A stretch of 63,872 nucleotides of DNA, filler included, from Ministeria vibrans ATCC 50519 (Eukaryota > Protista > Filasterea): the NCBI GenBank assembly GCA_943704425.1. It is 6 parts of 6 records of this genome, joined end to end, with 100 filler letters (N's around TTAATTAATTAA, not from the genome) between each part and the next. Parts side by side here need not be neighbours in the genome. Positions count along the whole stretch, not along the records: positions 1 to 31,280 come from CALSCP010002777.1; positions 31,381 to 49,320 come from CALSCP010000312.1; 4 more parts are not named here. One strand, written 5' to 3'. Numbering within the stretch: position 1 is the first letter of the stretch; the number at the start of each line of letters is the position of its first letter. The notes beneath the pieces were generated by a model that worked only from the letters and a program-made list of their open reading frames with translations, ran no database searches and was not told the DNA's origin. The translations under genes and the position numbers were made by a program. This document shows, in pieces, positions 17,101 through 34,514 of this stretch.

Positions 17101-18057
17101 CGCGCTGAAGGTGTTCGCAGTTCCGCTTGCTGATGCTGCTGTAGTAGTGGTCGTAGTGGTGGTGCTGCTGGTGGTGGTGGTGGCGGTGGTGGTACCAGTG
17201 ATGGGTGTGTTCGTGGTGGAGGGAAAGAGCCAGGCGATGGCGTGCAGGAGACTCTCGTGACGGTCGACGAGGCGCTGCTGGTACAAATGACCAAAGAGCA
17301 TGGTGAAGTAGACATATTGAATATCGTCGTCCAATCCGTCCTGTGATGACGTCGCAGTGGCAGCGGCAGCGGCAGCAGCAGCAGCAGCAGCGGCGGCAGC
17401 AGCAGCAGCAGCAGCGGTGGCTCCTGAGGCGTGCTGCAATGCGACTTTGGCGTACCGGACCATGTACTTGTCGAGTTCGCGAAGGACCGTTGCTGTGAGC
17501 GACAGCGGCGGCTTGTCGCCGGTTTTACAGGCGCGGTACCAGAGCATCATCTTGATGAACCAGGTGGCACGCCAGAAAGGCACGTGGTTTTTGCAGAGTT
17601 CCTCAAGCACAAAGGGATTCTTCTTGTTGTACTCCAAATGGTCGCGAAAGATGTCGCGATTTCGAAGGGGCTTGCTGGCCTCCTTGATGTCGTTGATGAC
17701 GCGCAGGGCGCTGTTGGGCCGCTGCATGTCGCGCACGGGCGGCGTGGGGTCCGACAGCGCCTGTGAGCGCACGGGAACGCGAACGGCGGTCGAAGCGGAA
17801 TTTCGAAGGAGCAGCATGCGCTCAAATCCCTCGGTGGCGAGCGTCGCGAGTCGCTCGATGTCTATCCCATCGACCGTGTTGGTCGAGGGCGCCGAGGACG
17901 TCTCGACGGGAAAGCCGTGCTTGAGCGTGTGCTCATTTAAAACATCCTCGGGCTGTCCCTCACGCTGTGGGAACACGTCGGGGATGCCCGGCGGTAGTCG
18001 CTCTCGCTCGGACAGCGCCGGTCGCAGCGGAACCGGCGTGTAGCCTCGGAAAGCCAT
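12673..18057 (-). CDS. MED12: Mediator kinase-module subunit MED12, apparently intronless
   Basis: PDVFPQREGQPEDVL, LEELCKNHVPFWRATWFIKM (Med12 domain), IFSHDRFVRWLLARS, Q/H-rich tail. Confidence 0.85.
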
Positions 18058-18466
18058 GAAATTTTTTTGAGCCAATCAGTCAGATCGAATGTTCGATCAA
18101 CCAAAAAAGATACGAAGTTAAATGAGTTGACTTGCCAGTCTTGAATCACTGCCATGCACGTCAGACTAAGTGGTCTGTCTAGAACCCAACACACCCTAAG
18201 AAGATGGATTAATTGAGTAGTGGAGTGACTCTGTGTCTGAGTAAGGAAAGTGAAAGTGAACTTGTTCTGAAACGAGTAAACACAAAATAAATAATTATTA
18301 GTGAAGAAAGGTCGAATGACGCGATCGACATCTGAGTCACGTCTCAGGGAAAGTTCTCCTTAAACGAATATACCAAACCACGGTAGTAACCATACCAAAT
18401 CAGTCACACTAATTCTGAAGGTGATTAGATGAGCATTTGTGTGTGTGAATTGAAGTCGATTGAATC

Positions 18467-18508
<42 letters not shown>

Positions 18509-18869
18509 CTCGACCCTGAAGAGACCTTCCTGCCACTGATTGCTTGCTTTGTCCTCTTTGATAGCCTCACTCACCCATGGCGCAGGTAAGGAGTCGCACT
18601 ACGAACGCTGAAGCACAATTCGCTAAAGAGAGTCGACTGAGTCATAAAGTCGGACGAGAATTTTTCGTTGGTTGAAATTGTGAAGAAAACAACGAGAAAT
18701 TGGGCCGGTTTTACCGGTGCCCGGTGTGCTTTGGTGTTTTCTATTGACCGGCGGCGTCGCTTTGGCCATACGCACACGAATAGAGTGTCAATGTCTCACT
18801 CAAGTTTCACCTTTCATTTTTTTTTTTCTCTTTTTGCCATTTTAGACTGCCCAAGAGACCACACCAGCC

Positions 18870-19486
18870 ATGGCGGACTCGGACGACACGGTGGAGTCGC
18901 TGAGCCGTCTGCTGAGCTTCTTTGCGTCCACAGACCCTCTCTCAGAGCGGACACATCCTCAGGTGAAGGGAAAAGAAAAAAAAAAGAAAAAACGAGTCGA
19001 CCGTGATGCTATTGTGAGGGGGCATCGGGGACGTCCACCGCGTGCATGGGCAACGTGGGAGATACTCTATTGGTTGTGGGCAGGAATGCGGCGTGATGCG
19101 GCGGATTGGCTGTGTTGGGAGTTGACAAGTTCAACAGTCTTTTCCGATTGCGTACACGCGCAAACGACTGTCTTTTGCGGGTGTTTTGTGTGTGAGCTGA
19201 CGATGGGTCGTAACAGCCCCGATCCTGGAGTCCTTCTTATTGATTTCATTTTTGATTCTTTATTTTTTTTTTTTTTGTTTTTTTTTTTCTCCGCTGTTTA
19301 GCTTATCGAAATCTCAAAGCGAACCAAAGCACTTGCAGCTCAAGACTACCGCATTGCGCTTGTGCACAATGACGAAGGGCAACTCTGTTCCTCGTATCCG
19401 TCCGAGATTATCTACTTTACGGAAGAACTCTCTCCAGAATTGCCCACCGACTGCAGACAGACGAACAGTCGTAAATATAATACGAA

Positions 19487-19532
<46 letters not shown>

Positions 19533-21722
19533 TTACATGTTCGTTTTTATTGATTGTATTTTATTTTATTTTGTATTAGAAGAGAGTGAGCCAACAGTTG
19601 AGCAGCTGTCTGAAATGATGGAAGCAAGTCGGTTTTCTCGTGTTCGCGCTCGTTTTGTCGTTCCGGTATACAACAATGATACTTTTTTTTCGACTCTAAC
19701 CCCCCCCCNNNNNNNNNNNNNNNNNNNNNNNNNNNNNNNNNNNNNNNNNNNNNNNNNNNNNNNNNNNNNNNNNNNNNNNNNNNNNNNNNNNNNNNNNNNN
19801 NNNNNNNNNNNNNNNNNNNNNNNNNNNNNNNNNNNNNNNNNNNNNNNNNNNNNNNNNNNNNNNNNNNNNNNNNNNNNNNNNNNNNNNNNNNNNNNNNNNN
19901 NNNNNNNNNNNNNNNNNNNNNNNNNNNNNNNNNCGCACGGGCCCAATCACAGTCTGAGGATCAATCGGTGTCTCAGTCGCAAAAGGAGTCCAATGCTCTT
20001 CCTTCGCAGTCACTTGTCTCTCAGTTTCGTTGTGCTGACATTCGCTTGTTGACGGCGTTGCGTATTTCCGCCATTTTCGATTTAATGGTCGAAAACAAAA
20101 AAGTCAAAGTAAGAAGATTTGTATGTGTGTTGTTCATTTCCTGCGAATCTCCGAAGACCTTTCACTCTCAATTGTATTCTGTACCTCCTTTGTTACCCAT
20201 CCTTTTTTGTTCTTTGTCTTTCACCCGTTGTCGTCAATCACTCACTCTTTGTCTCTCACTCCCCCCCTTTTGTCGTCTCACTTCCTCGCACAGTACGGCC
20301 TAACCGTCTCCTCGAGTGAGAAATGCGACCGTCACCACCGCTACTCGCACCTCTTCAGCTTGTGTGCCGTCCCGTACCCTGGCGTTGAATTCTTCTATGG
20401 TTTCAAGACAACCAATCGCAACAACGCTATGAATATGCTCTTTGAGTGGAATCAGTCCTTTGTCAATTCCTCTCTCCTCATTCCTCGTAAGTAAATTTTT
20501 CACAAACGACACACTTTCTCTTAATATAATTATATTGAATCATACCAACTCTTTTTTACAGCATCTCTTTGCTCGTCCAACAGTTGTGCCCTCTTCAGTG
20601 CGCACTACCAGTCTTGGGACATTCTCACTCTCACCTCAAACTACCTTTTGCTCTTCCTAAATCAATTACGCTCAACCAACAACAACAACAACAGCAGCAG
20701 CATCAACAACAACAACAGCACTCCCAATAGTGCGTCTCTGCTTATCCATTGCATTTCCGGTTGGGATCGCACTCCTCTCTTTGTGTCCCTCTTGCGCCTC
20801 TCCCTTTGGGCCGATGGGCTTGTCCATCGCTCACTCTCCGCCCCTCAGATTCTCTTTTTCACCCTCGCTTACGATTGGCTTCTTTTTGGGTATGGTGTCA
20901 CTTACTTACTCTCTCTCTCTCATGACCCTACTCACAACCCTACTCACTTTCTAATCTTAGTCATCTGTTCAAAGACCGCCAGTCGCGCGATGAAGATATT
21001 CTCTTTTTTGCATTCGACTTTCTCCCTTTACTTTCCTCCCCCGAGTTCTCTCTCCCTCTGCTCAATCTCCACCAGTCCCTTGTGTCATCCGTCAAACGCA
21101 GTACAACCACGTCTTCTTCGTCGTCTTGTGCCTCTCCTACCGACTCATCTGACGCCTCTGCTCCCGAATCCCAACAAAGTGACTCCCCTGTGCCCACTCC
21201 CGCCTCAGAGCCAATCACAATCATTGCTCGCAAAACGACTCAGACACAAGAACCCATCGCACGCTCGGTAACGACAGCAGCACATGTGTGTTGTGCCATA
21301 CTCACTCACTCACCCCTATCCCTAATAGGATCTGAGTGGAGTGTCTCCATCCTGGCACGTGATTGATGCGGGCGAAGAAAGTGATTTGGAGGAGAGCGAG
21401 GAGACTCAGTCGATGGACGAGACACCTGTTCAACAACCGACAACGGATTCATTTGAAGACGAAGAGTGTGAGCGACTCAAGGAATCGCGTGCGGAGAAAC
21501 TTCTACATGTTCATCAAGTAAGAGCCAATTCATTCTCGAGAATGACTGCATTAAAATAAAATCTTCTCTCGTTTCTCAGCTGTTCTGCGATGCCTATGAG
21601 AAGGGAGTGACGTCTCTGCCTCGCAATCGCAGTCTTTTTGACTGGATCAAAAAGTATGAATGTTTTCACCTTGCCTATCTGACTAAATTCTTCTCTCCTC
21701 CTCTTTTAGGCCATTTATGTAG
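18870..21722 (+). CDS. MTMR14: Myotubularin-related phosphatase 14, multi-exon, spans an N gap
   Basis: LCSSYPSEI, RARFVVP, DLMVENKKVK, VSSSEK, YPGVEFF, catalytic HCISGWDRTPLF, TLAYDWLLFGH. Confidence 0.92.
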
Positions 21723-22237
21723 CGATTTGACTTTGCTTTGTACATAATAAAAAATTTGACATTCATGTTTACTTTTGAAACATAATAATACTCTCTTCTC
21801 TCTCGCGCACGCGTTTGAAATGACGCCATTGCACTGTATTTGTACAGAACAAGAATAATAATATTAATTATTATGTATCTCTGTCGCTGAGTGGGCTCTC
21901 ATGCCAGATGCGCTCCAGTAGCGACGACGCAGCTCAGCCGCACTCAAGACAAGCTCGCCGTTCTTGAACGCAACCAACTCCCTGCCCAGTACTCGCACTA
22001 GCAGCTTCATCATAGACAGCGTGCTTCGGGGCTATAGGATGGAGCGGGTGATCAGCTCTATAGCTCTGCTGTCGGTAAATTTCAATTTGTGCTCGCTCAT
22101 CACCAACTCGAATCAGTGTGCCGCTGCTGCATTGGTCGCCGAACCCCATGACACGGCAAGTGAACTAGCTCCCTACTCAATGTCTGTTTACTCAATTTAT
22201 GATCTTTACCAATACATTCACTGTACAATACAAAACG

Positions 22238-22327
<90 letters not shown>

Positions 22328-22375
22328 ACCTCAGCGTCCGCCTCTCCCCCACCTCATCCAACCCCTCTCCTCTCT

Positions 22376-22696
22376 TCACGACAGATCGTTTTCGTCAAAA
22401 TCGTCCTCAAATCCGTTGAAAAAGTCCTGGTGCAGCAACCGCTTCGCCTTGCCCTTCCCCGCCGCCTCTCCTGCCCCTTCTTCTGCACCCCCGGCCTTTC
22501 CCGTCGGCTTCTCTGCCACTGGTGAGGCCGGTGGGTCGCTGGCGCCCTCGCCCGTCTCACACGGACCCTACAACGAAAAAGCGGATTGGTCGAACACTCC
22601 AACGCTCAAACGAGAACCCCGCCTCACGTCCAAACTCATCGGGACGCTGTCGTCAACAAAGCCATCATCCGATTTATCTCGAGAACCCGAAGACAT
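22376..22696 (-). CDS. COPS9: COP9 signalosome acidic subunit (CSN9/CSNAP), 2 exons; absent from the ORF track
   Basis: Exon 22628-22696, intron 22568-22627 (GTGAGG..TTGTAG); product ends LLHQDFFNGFEDDFDENDLS*, the CSNAP signature. Confidence 0.85.
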
Positions 22697-22793
22697 TTAA
22701 CAAAAGAAAAGTTTGAAAATTAATACTAATTTTGAATGATTATTATTATTATTATTATTATTATATTTTTTTACTTTTCAAGTGCTTTTCAAG

Positions 22794-27353
<4,560 letters not shown>

Positions 27354-27447
27354 AAAGTTGAACGTGTGTTGTGCGAGCGAGTGTGTTTGTGTGTTGAAGT
27401 GAAAAATTTATGAGTTTTTTTGATTTTGTTAATCAGTTGTACATTAA

Positions 27448-30031
27448 TTATTCTTCCCAGCGCGAGCGTTTGACTCGCTTTGGCTCTGGTTGTTGCGAGT
27501 GCTGGTCCCAGTCTGAAGGAGGAGGGCGGTGATGGTGGTGGGAGGGTGGGGGGTGTGGAGGGGGTGCAGTGGGGAAGGGGNNNNNNNNNNTGGGGGGTGT
27601 GGAGGGGGTGCAGTGGGGAAGGGGAGAGGAGGGGAGGCGGGTTTTGGCGGGGAAGAAGGAAAGGGAAGGGAAGGGAAGGGAAGGGAGGGGGACATGGGAG
27701 GAGATGTAGTGGAAAAGTAGGAGGTGGGGTGAAACGAGGAAGGAGATGAAGAAGAGTGAGATAGAGGAAGCGCATGAGAGGGAGGGTGAGACGGAGGAGG
27801 CGCATGAGATGGAGGCGCATGAGGCGGAGGCGCATGAGAAGGAGGCGCATGAGAAGGAGGCGCATGAGAAGGAGGCGCATGGGGCGGAGGCGCATGGGGC
27901 GGAGGCGCATGAGGCGGAGGCGCATGGGGCGGAGGCGCATGAGGCGGAGGCGCATGGGGCGGAGGCGCATGGGGCGGAGGCGCATGAGGCGGAGGCGCAT
28001 GAGACGGATGAGACGGGTGAGACGACGCAGGCGGTTGTGAGGAAGGTAGATGTGAAGGTGATGCTGCGCCACCATCACCAGAAGCAGACATGGGTGCCTC
28101 CGACGTGAGCTCCTCGGGAAACAGCGCGGCTCGCATTGCAGGCGGAAGTGTATCCCGATCGACAGTCGAGCCCCTCTTCAACTCGCTGATAAGCTCAGGG
28201 GTCACCTTCGACAGAGGCACATAGCTATTGCCTGAACGCCACTCATAGTGGTCACGACACTTGCGCTGCCCATAGCTCATGCTCCAATTGATCTTGAAAA
28301 TGAGTCCATTGACTTCAGTGCGAGGCATGACCCGTCGCGCGTGCTCGGCCGACGGACGATCGCCCATTAGAATGAACGCACACCGTTTGGGCCGATTGAT
28401 ATCGATATTCTCAACACGTCCAAACTGCCCAAATGCGGTGCGTAGCTCCTCTTCACCAATGTGGTCGGGGACATTGCCCGCCCACAATGTGTGCCCATAC
28501 GCTGTCATAGTGGGTTCACTAGGCATTCCGTCCGCGTCAGTCGTGGAGGGTCTGTGCTGCTGCTGTTGTTGTTGCTGTTGTGGAAGGGAACTCTGTTGCT
28601 GCTGTTGCTGTTGCTGCTGAGAGGCGAGTGGAAGAGCGGCTGTGGTTGCCATGGCGACATGTTGGATGGGGTTCTTCTGCCGCGCTTGCTCAAGGAGGTG
28701 CTGAAGAAGGCCCAATTGAGTCGTGTTGAGGGGCACTGCGCCCTGCGGCGATGTCGGTGTTTGCTGTGGTGCGGAGGCTTGTGGGGTGGCTGATGTTGTC
28801 GCTGCTGCTGTTGTTGCTGCTGCTGCTGCTGTGCCGAAGGAGGGCGTGCCAAGGAGCGATGCAAAGGCGTTGAGGGCGGCTGCGGGTGGCGGCGCAACCG
28901 TCTGCTGTTGTTGTTGCTGCTGCTGTTGTTGATATTGTTGCTGTTGCTGTTGCAACAATGCGGCTGTTTGCTCTTCGTCATTGATGCGACGTCGTTGTTC
29001 CGCAATCCGCTCGCCTTCGTCTTCGTCATCGCCATAATCAAAGTCGTCCAGTTCAATGGCGAGTCCGCCGTTTGCGCCATCCCCACCACTGCCATCGCCA
29101 CTGCCGCCTCCGATTCCTCCGGCAACGCCGCCACTCCCTCCTGCCGCTGCACCACCACCTGACGACGACGGATCTTCCATGTCCGCCTCAAACGCCGAAT
29201 TAACCAGCTCGGGCTCGTGAGGGAAGTGTTCGCGTTGCAGTCGTTGCATAAGATCCAGTGCGAAAACGCCCTTTTTCGCCCACAGATGCAGGATTTTCTT
29301 GAGCTTCTCATGTTCGCCGGCAGTTGTGTGTTTCATCACGTGTCGAAACGTCGCCTCAAGATTCTTGGCAAACCGGTCGGCGTACACGTCCTGCAACCAT
29401 ATTAAAAAAAGACATAAAATAGAAACGACGAATAAGAGTAAAATAGAACAATAATGATGATTATAAGTATAATGTAGTGCAGTCTCTCACCTTATTGCGA
29501 AACTTGGCCTGCGAATGGCGAATGACGGCGTCCACGACATAGAGGGCACCCAGCTTGTACTCAGGCGGGATCTTGCCAATGAACCGCTCCATATTGCGTA
29601 CGATAAATCTGAAAGCAGTGAGTGGTAAAATATTATTATTATTTTCAACGAAAAACTCTCATGGTCGATAAGACGCATGTGCGAGCAGTGGCAGGAGCAG
29701 CGGACGCGCCAATGGAGGGGTGGGAAAGAGTCAAGGCAAAGCAAGGCGGCGGATGGGCCTTTGGGGAGGAAGGAGAGGCGGGAGAGGGGTGGAAGTGGTG
29801 AAGACACATCGAGGGCAGCGCACTCGCCCAGAGAGGCAGAAGGGGCTCGCGTGCGGGCGGGGAGGGGTGCGGGCAAGGGTCGTACTTGAAGTACTTGTTG
29901 GCGCGGAGGGCGTGCTTGACGCATTCGTCGATGACATGGACACTGACGGGCGGACGGTGTTCCATCATGGACGCAAGCGCAACGTCAAAGCCGCGCGTTG
30001 CAGCCGCTGCAGCCGCAGCAGGATCAGACAT
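27448..30031 (-). CDS. CID+RRM RNA polymerase II CTD-binding protein (SCAF4/SCAF8/Nrd1/Seb1 family)
   Basis: CID exons (YKLGALYVVDAVIR; LKKILHLWAKKGVF), RRM (TLWAGNV...RCAFILM...FKINWS), Pro/His tail; stop reassigned to 27448 after collapsing the duplication around the N gap. Confidence 0.85.
27800..28001 (-). repeat. 15-bp coding tandem repeat encoding (PPPHA/PPSHA)n
   Basis: GGAGGCGCATG-containing unit repeated about 13 times. Confidence 0.9.
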
Positions 30032-30359
30032 CAGGGGCGCGCGAGGGGTGTGTGATGCTGACGACGCAGAATATTATTGAATATTATTGAATTGTTTATT
30101 GTATTATTAAAATCAATTGATTCATTGATTTATTGGAGTTTTAGAGATCAGAGAATTATTTTATTCTATAACCGAATGAATGAATAGATGAAGTGAAAAG
30201 TTTCGCGAAAATTACTCAAAAAGAGAAGAACTGAATTTACTCCTGTTCGCATGGTGTGATGGCTGATGAGTTCCAAGACAGTGCTGAGACTCGCAATAAC
30301 TTGGAAATAACTCTTGCCAACAAGAAAAAAATGATCGATTAGAACATCTCATTTATTTT

Positions 30360-31130
30360 TTACAGATCACTTTTCGGTTTGGACTTGGACTCTGAAAGGG
30401 AACGAGCACAACGAAAGGAGAGGTTATCCGAGCCTGAATCGGCGGTATTGCCCATGCGGGTGGTCACCGAGAGCGCATGGTTGACGCGACCATCGATGGA
30501 ATCAACAAAGGACCCGCCGCGCAGCACATAGCGCCGCTCCGCATGCTGCTGCGCCGTCGGGCCCGCCTCAAACACGTCGCTCGTCCATTCCCACGCATTC
30601 CCAATCATATTGAACAGCCCCGTGCTCGTCTGTGCGCGATATGCATGGACCGGTCCAACCCCCGCAAATCCGTCCGCACGCGTATTCCCCTGAGGGAACG
30701 TCCCTTGGAACGAGTTGATCCGCCCGTCAACGCCGCTTGTGCTTCCGCCCCACGGGAACCGTCCGCTTCGCAATCCGTCTCGCACTGCAAACTCCCATTC
30801 CGCTACACACATTGGTTATGGGATAGGGCTCCACCGTATCACAAAGCACAAAGGTCTGCACAATGCAATACCTTCGGTAGGAAGGCGCTTTCCTTTCCAC
30901 TTGCAATACGCACTGGCATCGTTCCAGCTCATATGCACTGCCGGATGCGATTCGCGCCCTTTGATCGACGACTTGGGTCCCTCAGGCGCGCGCCAGTACG
31001 CCCGGCCCACCGGCGCCCACCAGTCCGCCTCCTTGATCGAGTCCTTCACTGCCGCTTCCACTTCCGCCGAGAGATGCGGTCGAAACACAAAGGACCAGCC
31101 AAAGTGCTCTGCTTCCGAAACATACTGCAA
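30360..31130 (-). CDS. SUMF2: Formylglycine-generating enzyme paralog (SUMF2/pFGE), 5'-truncated by contig end
   Basis: FGE-fold motifs HPAVHMSWNDA, RLPTEAEWE, MIGNAWEW; C-terminal RGGSFVDSIDGRVNHALSVTTRMGNTADSGSDNLSFRC lacks the SUMF1 catalytic Cys pair; KSDL end. Confidence 0.85.
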
Positions 31131-31192
31131 AGAGAAACCATACGAATAATAATTATTATGATTGTGATGAGTGTGCGTGTGTTGTTAACTCA

Positions 31193-31280
<88 letters not shown>

Positions 31281-31380
31281 NNNNNNNNNNNNNNNNNNNN
31301 NNNNNNNNNNNNNNNNNNNNNNNNTTAATTAATTAANNNNNNNNNNNNNNNNNNNNNNNNNNNNNNNNNNNNNNNNNNNN
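31281..31380. other. Artificial contig spacer
   Basis: 44 N + TTAATTAATTAA (stops in six frames) + 44 N. Confidence 0.98.
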
Positions 31381-31437
<57 letters not shown>

Positions 31438-31501
31438 GTAATAATAATAATAGTAATAATAATAATAATAATTTTAATTTGAGTCGAAAGAATGTGCTCA
31501 C

Positions 31502-34401
31502 CTTGGCTCGAGACGCACCCACAAAAAAGAGGCGTCGCTCTTCGTCCAGCTTGGACACGGCCTTTACCGAGTACTCGTGAGGAAGGTACTGAAAAAGTAA
31601 AATCCTTCATAATGAGTCGTTGGAAAAAACACCGCACAATTTTTTTTCGAAACGTACCTTTTCTTCGACGGCTGGAATGAACACAATGGGCCATTCAAGA
31701 CCCTTTGCGGCATGGAGTGTCGAGAGCGCCACCTGACCCACCGTCTGCTTTCCCTTGTCATTTCCCGCGGCCGTATCAAGCGCAATGCTCCACAGAAACT
31801 CGCCCAAACTCTACACAAGCATGGTGTGAACAACGTATCGAAAGCACACCTATTTTTTTTTGAGCCTGACCCCTTTCTCTTCTTTGTCACCGTCTGCCGC
31901 AGGCTTCGTCACAAACTGACGACTCACATCAAAGCTCTGGGCCATCTCCATGAGCGTTTCCACCGGAGACACATAGTCTGGGTTCATTTCACGCGCTCTC
32001 ATCGTCGCCTTGTCTTCCTTGTCAAGCCACGCGTCATAGCCAATGGCGCGCCTTAGCTCCAGTAGATTCTCGTACACTGGCGTGCCCGTCATGTCACGCG
32101 CGTTCAAAGCGTCCACCGCCTCCATCCACTGTTCGAGCTGTGCCAACGTCACCTGCGCCAGCTCCCCCTTGTGTCGATTCAGTGTCTCCCAGAGCGTCCC
32201 ACGCTGCAGCGACCACCCGTTCAGTCCCAGTTTGCGCAGTGTCCCGTCCGAGATCGACCGTCGCGGCACATTGATGCATTCCTTGAGGGCAATCAAGTCG
32301 TTCTGGTTGCATGCCAGTCGTGCGTACGCCAACAGCGGACGCACACTCTTCGAATCGAGCGTTGCCTTGCCAAATGTCGAATAAGGGATCTATTAAAATA
32401 ATAAGACGTAGCATAATAAAACGTTTTTTATTATTATTATTATTAACTTTTTTTTTATTAATTTTTTTGTTTTAGATCAGACCTTTCGTTCGGAAAAAAT
32501 CCTTTCAAAGGAGTAAAATTGCGCTTTGGTGCGCAAGAGGACAGAAAAGTCACTGTAGTTAAGGGCTCCCTGTGATTCCGACATGAGACGCGCAATGCGG
32601 CCCGCGACAAAAGTAGCCTCGGAGTACTCATTGCGGCATTTTTTCAGCACAGGGGGGTGCCCTGCAATCAAAACATACACACAATTCAAACAATAAAAAA
32701 ATAATGATAAAATTAATATGCACATAACTATTTTGCTTCGTTTTTGTTGATTGGCGTTTTTGTTGATTGGTTCGTACCATCCGAGTGCTGACTCTTCATT
32801 GGCTGGAAGGAAGACTGGCCTGCCAGAATGGCATTGGCTGTGCTCACAACGCACTTTGTTGAGCGGTAGTTTCGTGTGAGGTACAACTCAATGGAGTGGG
32901 GAAAGTCGCGCTTGGCAAAGTTGCTAAAGTTGGACGCGTCAGCAGAGCGCCAGCCGTAAATGCTCTGCGACGCATCGCCCACAAGCATAATGGCCGTCTT
33001 GCAATACTCTGGGAGAGGCGCTGACTGGGGTGGCATCAAGAGGGACGCACGAGTGGACGCGTGAGAGGACTTAGGGTAGGGGAGACCGCCCAGAGCGGCG
33101 ACAATCCAGTACTGGATGGTGGACGTGTCTTGGAACTCGTCGACTAAAACGTGCGAGTATCGTTTCACAATATTGGGGTGGCGCTGCAACAGACGCAACA
33201 TCTACATCACACACAAAACAAACGAAAAAAGATTATGACGTGTTTGTGTTATTCTATTTGCTTTTGATACTAGAAGAAGCATGTCGTCAAAATCGACGGC
33301 ATTGATGTCGCGTTGGATGCGTTCGTAGCGCTCGTAGACAGAAGCAAGATTGTGAAGAATTGGTAAGTCGGTTCGTCGGAGTCGAGTGTGCCAGTCGTTG
33401 CTGATGCGGAATGGTTTGCCTAGTTTTATCGAGGCGACGCTGTCGCCGCTGTCGGAGTCGGATGCAACAGAATGGGAAGAGGCGCGTTGAGGAGATGGCG
33501 ACCGAGAGGAGGAGGAAGAAGAAGGAATGGTGGTGGTAATGACGTAGCCGGCGTTTTCAATAATGGCACGGACATCGGTTGCCGTCTGATTGAGCGACTT
33601 GAACATGGAAATGGCACTCTCGGCACGTTTTGCGTCATTCTTGTCGACAATCTCCAATAGCGTTTTGTGCACGTCGCGTCCGCTGAGAATAGAAAATCCC
33701 TTGTTTTGCAGACCGGCCTCATGCCAGTGTTGACGCAGCAGGTTGAGTGCCATCGAGTGGAAGGTACCAATCATGCCAATGCGCTCAAGGGCCTCATTGC
33801 CCACAAGCAGACCCGCACGCTCGCGCATCTCCAACGCCGCCTTGTTGGTAAATGTCAGCAGCACAATCTTCTCGGGCGGCACCTGCTGTTCGCGAATGAG
33901 CCATGCGATGCGGTGTGTGATCAGTCGTGTTTTGCCTAGCAAAAAGAGTCGAGAGATGAGAAAAACATGCACAGAAGAATTATACACTCATGGGTTTGAT
34001 AAAATGGAAAAAGCGACGAGAAGACACTGCGTCTGTCTCGTAGGAAGACAAAGGCACATCCACTGGTGTGCGTATGCCGTACAATGACGACGCTAGCACG
34101 AGAATTGCGCAGTTGGCACTGTTTCAGAAATCGTGTCGAGAACGTGCACAGATGGCACAAATGGCACAGTACACATACCCGAGCCGGGGCCTGCTCGCAC
34201 AATCACAGCGGTGGACTTCGACGAGCAAGCAACACGCTGATCGGGGTCGAGGCCGGAGAGAAGCGGTGAGGCGGTAGAGGGCGCAGCGAGGGAGGTGCGC
34301 GCACGCGTCGAGTTTGACATGGAGCGCCCTGTGAGAGAGACAAGAGGCCACGTTGCGCGCAAGAGTAAGGAGTTCCTGATCCCCTGGGAGGGGAGCAGCA
34401 T
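31502..34401 (-). CDS. UvrD/PcrA/Srs2-family SF1 helicase, multi-exon, 3'-truncated
   Basis: AGPGSG|KT, LTFTNKAALEMRER, GTFHS, VDEFQD, VGDASQSIYGWRSA, NYRST, STLHAAKGLEW, EERRLFFVGASRAK. Confidence 0.93.
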
Positions 34402-34514
34402 CAACTTGAAACAAATTACGTAAGTTTTATAAAGAAATTGAATAGGTCAATAGGCTAATGCCCAATAGTGAATAGTGTCCAAAAAAAAAACAATCATATT
34501 ATCACTCTTTTGGA

